Shown here: in pieces, positions 17,501 through 20,000 of the stretch
Layout: every line of letters starts with the position of its first letter
Numbering within the stretch: the first letter of the stretch is position 1
IMG/VR virus record: IMGVR_UViG_3300025849_000011
DNA from: an uncultured virus (IMG/VR IMGVR_UViG_3300025849_000011)
Taxonomy: Duplodnaviria; Heunggongvirae; Uroviricota; Caudoviricetes
Strand: one strand, 5' to 3'
DNA: 20,000 nt
Position numbers and translations under genes: made by a program
The notes under the pieces: generated by a model
Databases searched by the model: none
The model's input: only the letters and a program-made list of their open reading frames with translations
What the model was told of the DNA's origin: nothing

Positions 17501-17776
17501 TCAATTACCTGTACCAGTAAATGGATCATTGTCTAAGTGATATTTACGAATTAAACCTTCATAAAACTCAATTTTCTTTTCAAGTTCAATTATATGATTT
17601 GCTGCTTTCCATGCAAAATGTTCTGTGCATCTAGACTGCCATTCTTCACCCGCTTGATTTTTAAGAGAAATAACAATTTCAGATTGTTTTGGTCTGGGCG
17701 TTATGTCCATATAAACACGCCGTTCTATGGCATGTTCATTTTCTTCTTCTTCAATTCCATGAGTATTGACTTCCAT
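17501..17776 (-). CDS. Hypothetical protein
   Basis: MEVNTHG...; TGATG coupling with the upstream stop. Confidence 0.72.
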   Translation of the reverse strand: MEVNTHGIEEEENEHAIERRVYMDITPRPKQSEIVISLKNQAGEEWQSRCTEHFAWKAANHIIELEKKIEFYEGLIRKYHLDNDPFTGTGN

Positions 17777-18045
17777 CAATAATCGCCCCAATCTTCACCA
17801 ACTCCAGGATTATCATACTTAATTGTCTGATGTAGAATATCACCATAATATTCTTTTGCATATTTACTTGCATCAGTATAGTGGTTGATATTTTCATCAG
17901 TATCATCTATCACAATTTTAGCGAAATCTCGTTTGATCATTGGACGCTTTTTACTGTTTAATTTAACTTTTTTTAATTTCTCATGTCGTTTGTGAACTTC
18001 TGCTATAAGTGCCATACGATCTGCTTGAGTAGTCGCTGTTTTCAT
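17776..18045 (-). CDS. Hypothetical protein
   Basis: MKTATTQADR...; SD GGAG and its own promoter. Confidence 0.75.
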   Translation of the reverse strand: MKTATTQADRMALIAEVHKRHEKLKKVKLNSKKRPMIKRDFAKIVIDDTDENINHYTDASKYAKEYYGDILHQTIKYDNPGVGEDWGDY

Positions 18046-18054
18046 ACTTTTCTC

Positions 18055-18101
18055 CGAATCATTATTTTTACCATTATAACCCATTTATTAAATTTTGTCT
18101 A
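18055..18101 (-). promoter_or_regulatory. Sigma70-like promoter TAGACA-N17-TATAAT followed by TGATTCG
   Basis: TAGACA-N17-TATAAT-GGTAAAAATAA-TGATTCG-GAGAAAAGT-ATG. Confidence 0.7.
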
Positions 18102-18280
18102 GTAGTTTGTGAATAAAATTTAAAGGTTACATCTTTGTCGTTACATTCCTTTACAAACAAAGGAACTGCATATCCACTTTGTCCTTGAAAAATTAAATCA
18201 CCGTCACGATACACTTTTGCCTTGGAGTTGCTAGGTCCAGACAAATCTAGTATTAGGTTATCGTGACGATATATTGCCAT
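18074..18280 (-). CDS. Hypothetical protein
   Basis: MAIYRHDNLILDL...; SD AGGAG. Confidence 0.72.
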   Translation of the reverse strand: MAIYRHDNLILDLSGPSNSKAKVYRDGDLIFQGQSGYAVPLFVKECNDKDVTFKFYSQTTRQNLINGL

Positions 18281-18291
18281 CTCATTGCTCC

Positions 18292-18504
18292 TTAAAACCA
18301 ATCCTTATGACAACCAGAACTTTCATTTTCATCATAGCCAGCAAAATAGGCTTTTATTTCATCGGGCGTCATATCTTCTTCTTCTATTTTTATACCGCTA
18401 CCAGTACCTTGTGTCCAATAGTGGGGTATTGGTGAACGCCGATACCAAGAATCTGCACCACCACTATCGTATGGGCCACCATGTCTTTCATCATATTTAG
18501 TCAT
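18292..18504 (-). CDS. Phage hypothetical protein
   Basis: RHGGPYDSGGADSWYRR..PHYW...MTPDEIKAYFAGYDENE..KDW; SD AGGAG. Confidence 0.8.
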   Translation of the reverse strand: MTKYDERHGGPYDSGGADSWYRRSPIPHYWTQGTGSGIKIEEEDMTPDEIKAYFAGYDENESSGCHKDWF

Positions 18505-18505
18505 T

Positions 18506-18754
18506 TTATGCTCCTATTGTCATGTAATAACCATCCGCACTAACTTCCATGGTTCCATCACCATTGCAGTATGTTTGATATAGTTCTGAACCAGTAAACC
18601 AAGTACACGCTTCACTCATCAATGTCAACTCAGCAACCCGAATTGTGGCTTTGATTGGCATTTTCCAGTTTTCCATGTTTTGGGTCAACTTATCAAATGC
18701 CTCTTGGAAATCACCGATAGTGTATCCATTTGAACTTACAACTTTCATTTTCAT
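18506..18754 (-). CDS. Hypothetical protein
   Basis: NWKMPI...EACTWFTGS...VSADGYYMTIGA; SD GAAAGG; ATGA overlap. Confidence 0.78.
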   Translation of the reverse strand: MKMKVVSSNGYTIGDFQEAFDKLTQNMENWKMPIKATIRVAELTLMSEACTWFTGSELYQTYCNGDGTMEVSADGYYMTIGA

Positions 18755-18927
18755 GCGACAGCCTTTCTTTGCATTTCAATTATCATCTCTAACTCAACGT
18801 CATCAGCCTTTTCATCAAGCATCTCTGATAATGCCATAATATGTCCAGCGGGAATTGGACTCTCTGGTGAGTTTGTGTTTTTGATTAACTGACGAAGCAT
18901 TTGAGCAATTTCACGATATTCAGTCAT
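18751..18927 (-). CDS. Small hypothetical protein (58 aa)
   Basis: Hand translation: MTEYREIAQMLRQLIKNTNSPESPIPAGHIMALSEMLDEKADDVELEMIIEMQRKAVA*. ATGA overlaps at both ends. Confidence 0.72.
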   Translation of the reverse strand: MTEYREIAQMLRQLIKNTNSPESPIPAGHIMALSEMLDEKADDVELEMIIEMQRKAVA

Positions 18928-19103
18928 GAGGTTACCTTTTCTTTTATTGTGAATTCAACATTAGGAAAAATCTCAGAATAAGCAGAAACCCATTCAGCGG
19001 CATTGCCATAACAGGTTTCTGTATTCACTAGTTGATTATCAAGAGTCCGATACTCACCCCGAACACTAGCAGTACCTGTTCCGTATATTGCAAAAGTAGT
19101 CAT
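18924..19103 (-). CDS. Small hypothetical early protein (59 aa)
   Basis: Hand translation: MTTFAIYGTGTASVRGEYRTLDNQLVNTETCYGNAAEWVSAYSEIFPNVEFTIKEKVTS*. First gene behind cassette copy 3. Confidence 0.75.
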   Translation of the reverse strand: MTTFAIYGTGTASVRGEYRTLDNQLVNTETCYGNAAEWVSAYSEIFPNVEFTIKEKVTS

Positions 19104-19168
19104 TTGTGAACCCTTTCAAGTGATTCTCTTTACTCTTATAAACTACGATAATTATGCTGCCATGTCAA
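19104..19168 (-). promoter_or_regulatory. Early promoter/leader cassette, copy 3
   Basis: TTGACA-N17-TAGTTT-ATAAGAGTAAAGAGAATCA-CTTGAAAGGGTTCACAA-ATG. Confidence 0.88.
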
Positions 19169-19793
19169 GCCTTTTATCTCTTGCCATTTCCATACGCTTG
19201 TTCATTTTCATCCAAGCATCAGGCTTCATGATGTTAGTATTGATTTTGAGTTTGAGTTTCTTTTCCTTGAAACAAGCCTTGAGATATTCCGCTTGCTCTT
19301 TACCAATGAAACGAGATACCAACTTCAATAGATCAATCCGAAACTGAGTGTCATGGTGCATATTACCAGCACAATGAGCCATCTCATGAAGGAGAACATA
19401 TTGGTTCATTCCACCTTTGACATTTAGATCAATATTATTTCTCCAGGCACGACCAGCAGTTCTATTGCCATACATAGTAGACAAAGCAATATGCGTATTG
19501 TTTGACATTTTCTGCCAAGTCTTTGAGGCTAGAACGTGGTCACAATACTTTTGTGCTTCTGCGAGGTTTTTGAATTGTTTGCCAGTACCATAAGTACGCT
19601 CATATTTGAATTCAGACTTGTAAACTTTTGAACGATCTGAGTCGCGACTATACTTGCCATGCTTACGACCAGTTTCAATAAGGGTCTGCTTCTTATTGAG
19701 ATATGCCAAGTATGACATAATGTCTGAATTATCCCAATTAAGAGATTGGAGATTCTGTGCTATCGGTTTTTGGTGTGTTTGATAAATGAGCAT
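19152..19793 (-). CDS. HEXXH zinc metallohydrolase (SprT/Rv0185-like zincin)
   Basis: RDSDRSKVYKSE and YVLLHEMAHCAGNMHHDTQF. Confidence 0.78.
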   Translation of the reverse strand: MLIYQTHQKPIAQNLQSLNWDNSDIMSYLAYLNKKQTLIETGRKHGKYSRDSDRSKVYKSEFKYERTYGTGKQFKNLAEAQKYCDHVLASKTWQKMSNNTHIALSTMYGNRTAGRAWRNNIDLNVKGGMNQYVLLHEMAHCAGNMHHDTQFRIDLLKLVSRFIGKEQAEYLKACFKEKKLKLKINTNIMKPDAWMKMNKRMEMARDKRLDMAA

Positions 19794-19855
19794 AGGAACC
19801 CTTTCACTGATTCTCTTTACTCTTATAACTTACAATATTTAAATTAGATTGTCAA
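19794..19855 (-). promoter_or_regulatory. Early promoter/leader cassette, copy 4
   Basis: TTGACA-N17-TAAGTT-ATAAGAGTAAAGAGAATCA-GTGAAAGGGTTCCT-ATG. Confidence 0.88.
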
Positions 19856-19857
19856 CC

Positions 19858-20000
19858 CTATGATTTATAAATCTTAGTTAGCATTTCTTCAAACTGTTCA
19901 ACTTTGGTAAGTCTGTTAGGCCAATGAATATAATCTTTTTGTGGATTCTTTTTAAGGTTATTGAGCAAGGGAATTATAGCATTATAAAGTTTATCAATTT
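19858..20000 (-). CDS. 3' end of a phage hypothetical protein (partial)
   Basis: Hand translation: ...IDKLYNAIIPLLNNLKKNPQKDYIHWPNRLTKVEQFEEMLTKIYKS*. Confidence 0.72.
   Translation of the reverse strand, partial: IDKLYNAIIPLLNNLKKNPQKDYIHWPNRLTKVEQFEEMLTKIYKS

Noticed and set aside
959..19347. Antisense or shadow ORFs in the track (e.g. 959-1159, 1325-1702, 4180-4455, 5547-5918, 8012-8329, 8821-9285, 9763-10122, 10201-10554, 13067-13397, 15912-16106, 19120-19347)
   Set aside because: They lie opposite well-supported genes and show no recognisable motifs.
15285..19826. The 19-mer repeat as a CRISPR array or IS end
   Set aside because: Copies are dispersed at irregular distances, always between a -10 box and an SD; no cas or transposase genes are present.
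1..20000. tRNA genes, introns, inteins, homing endonucleases
   Set aside because: Intergenic gaps are short and accounted for by promoters; I saw no cloverleaf or HNH/GIY-YIG/LAGLIDADG/intein motifs by eye.

Overview
AT-rich (roughly one-third GC by eye) segment of a T4-like myovirus genome, probably a marine phage of an alphaproteobacterial host (inferred from GAAAGG-type Shine-Dalgarno sites and GANTC-bearing promoters). Bases 1-10804 hold a late baseplate/tail module: a gp5 spike split into separate genes around an amidase gene, a gp27-like hub, gp53 and gp48 on the minus strand, then gp4, gp2, gp54-like, gp26, a gp51-like ORF and a tape-measure-like gene on the plus strand. Bases 10801-20000 are all minus strand: gp32, gp33, GMP reductase (guaC), a stand-alone ligase Ia-like protein, a HEXXH metallohydrolase and about 20 small ORFs behind sigma70-type promoters. 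Three observations stand out. (1) A probable programmed -1 frameshift joins gp26 to the gp51-like ORF just upstream of the tape-measure-like gene. (2) gp5 is split, and two different peptidoglycan hydrolases sit in the locus. (3) A four-copy early promoter/leader cassette carries a GANTC site at a fixed position, suggesting CcrM/GcrA-linked control. All family assignments come from motif recognition by eye, not database searches.
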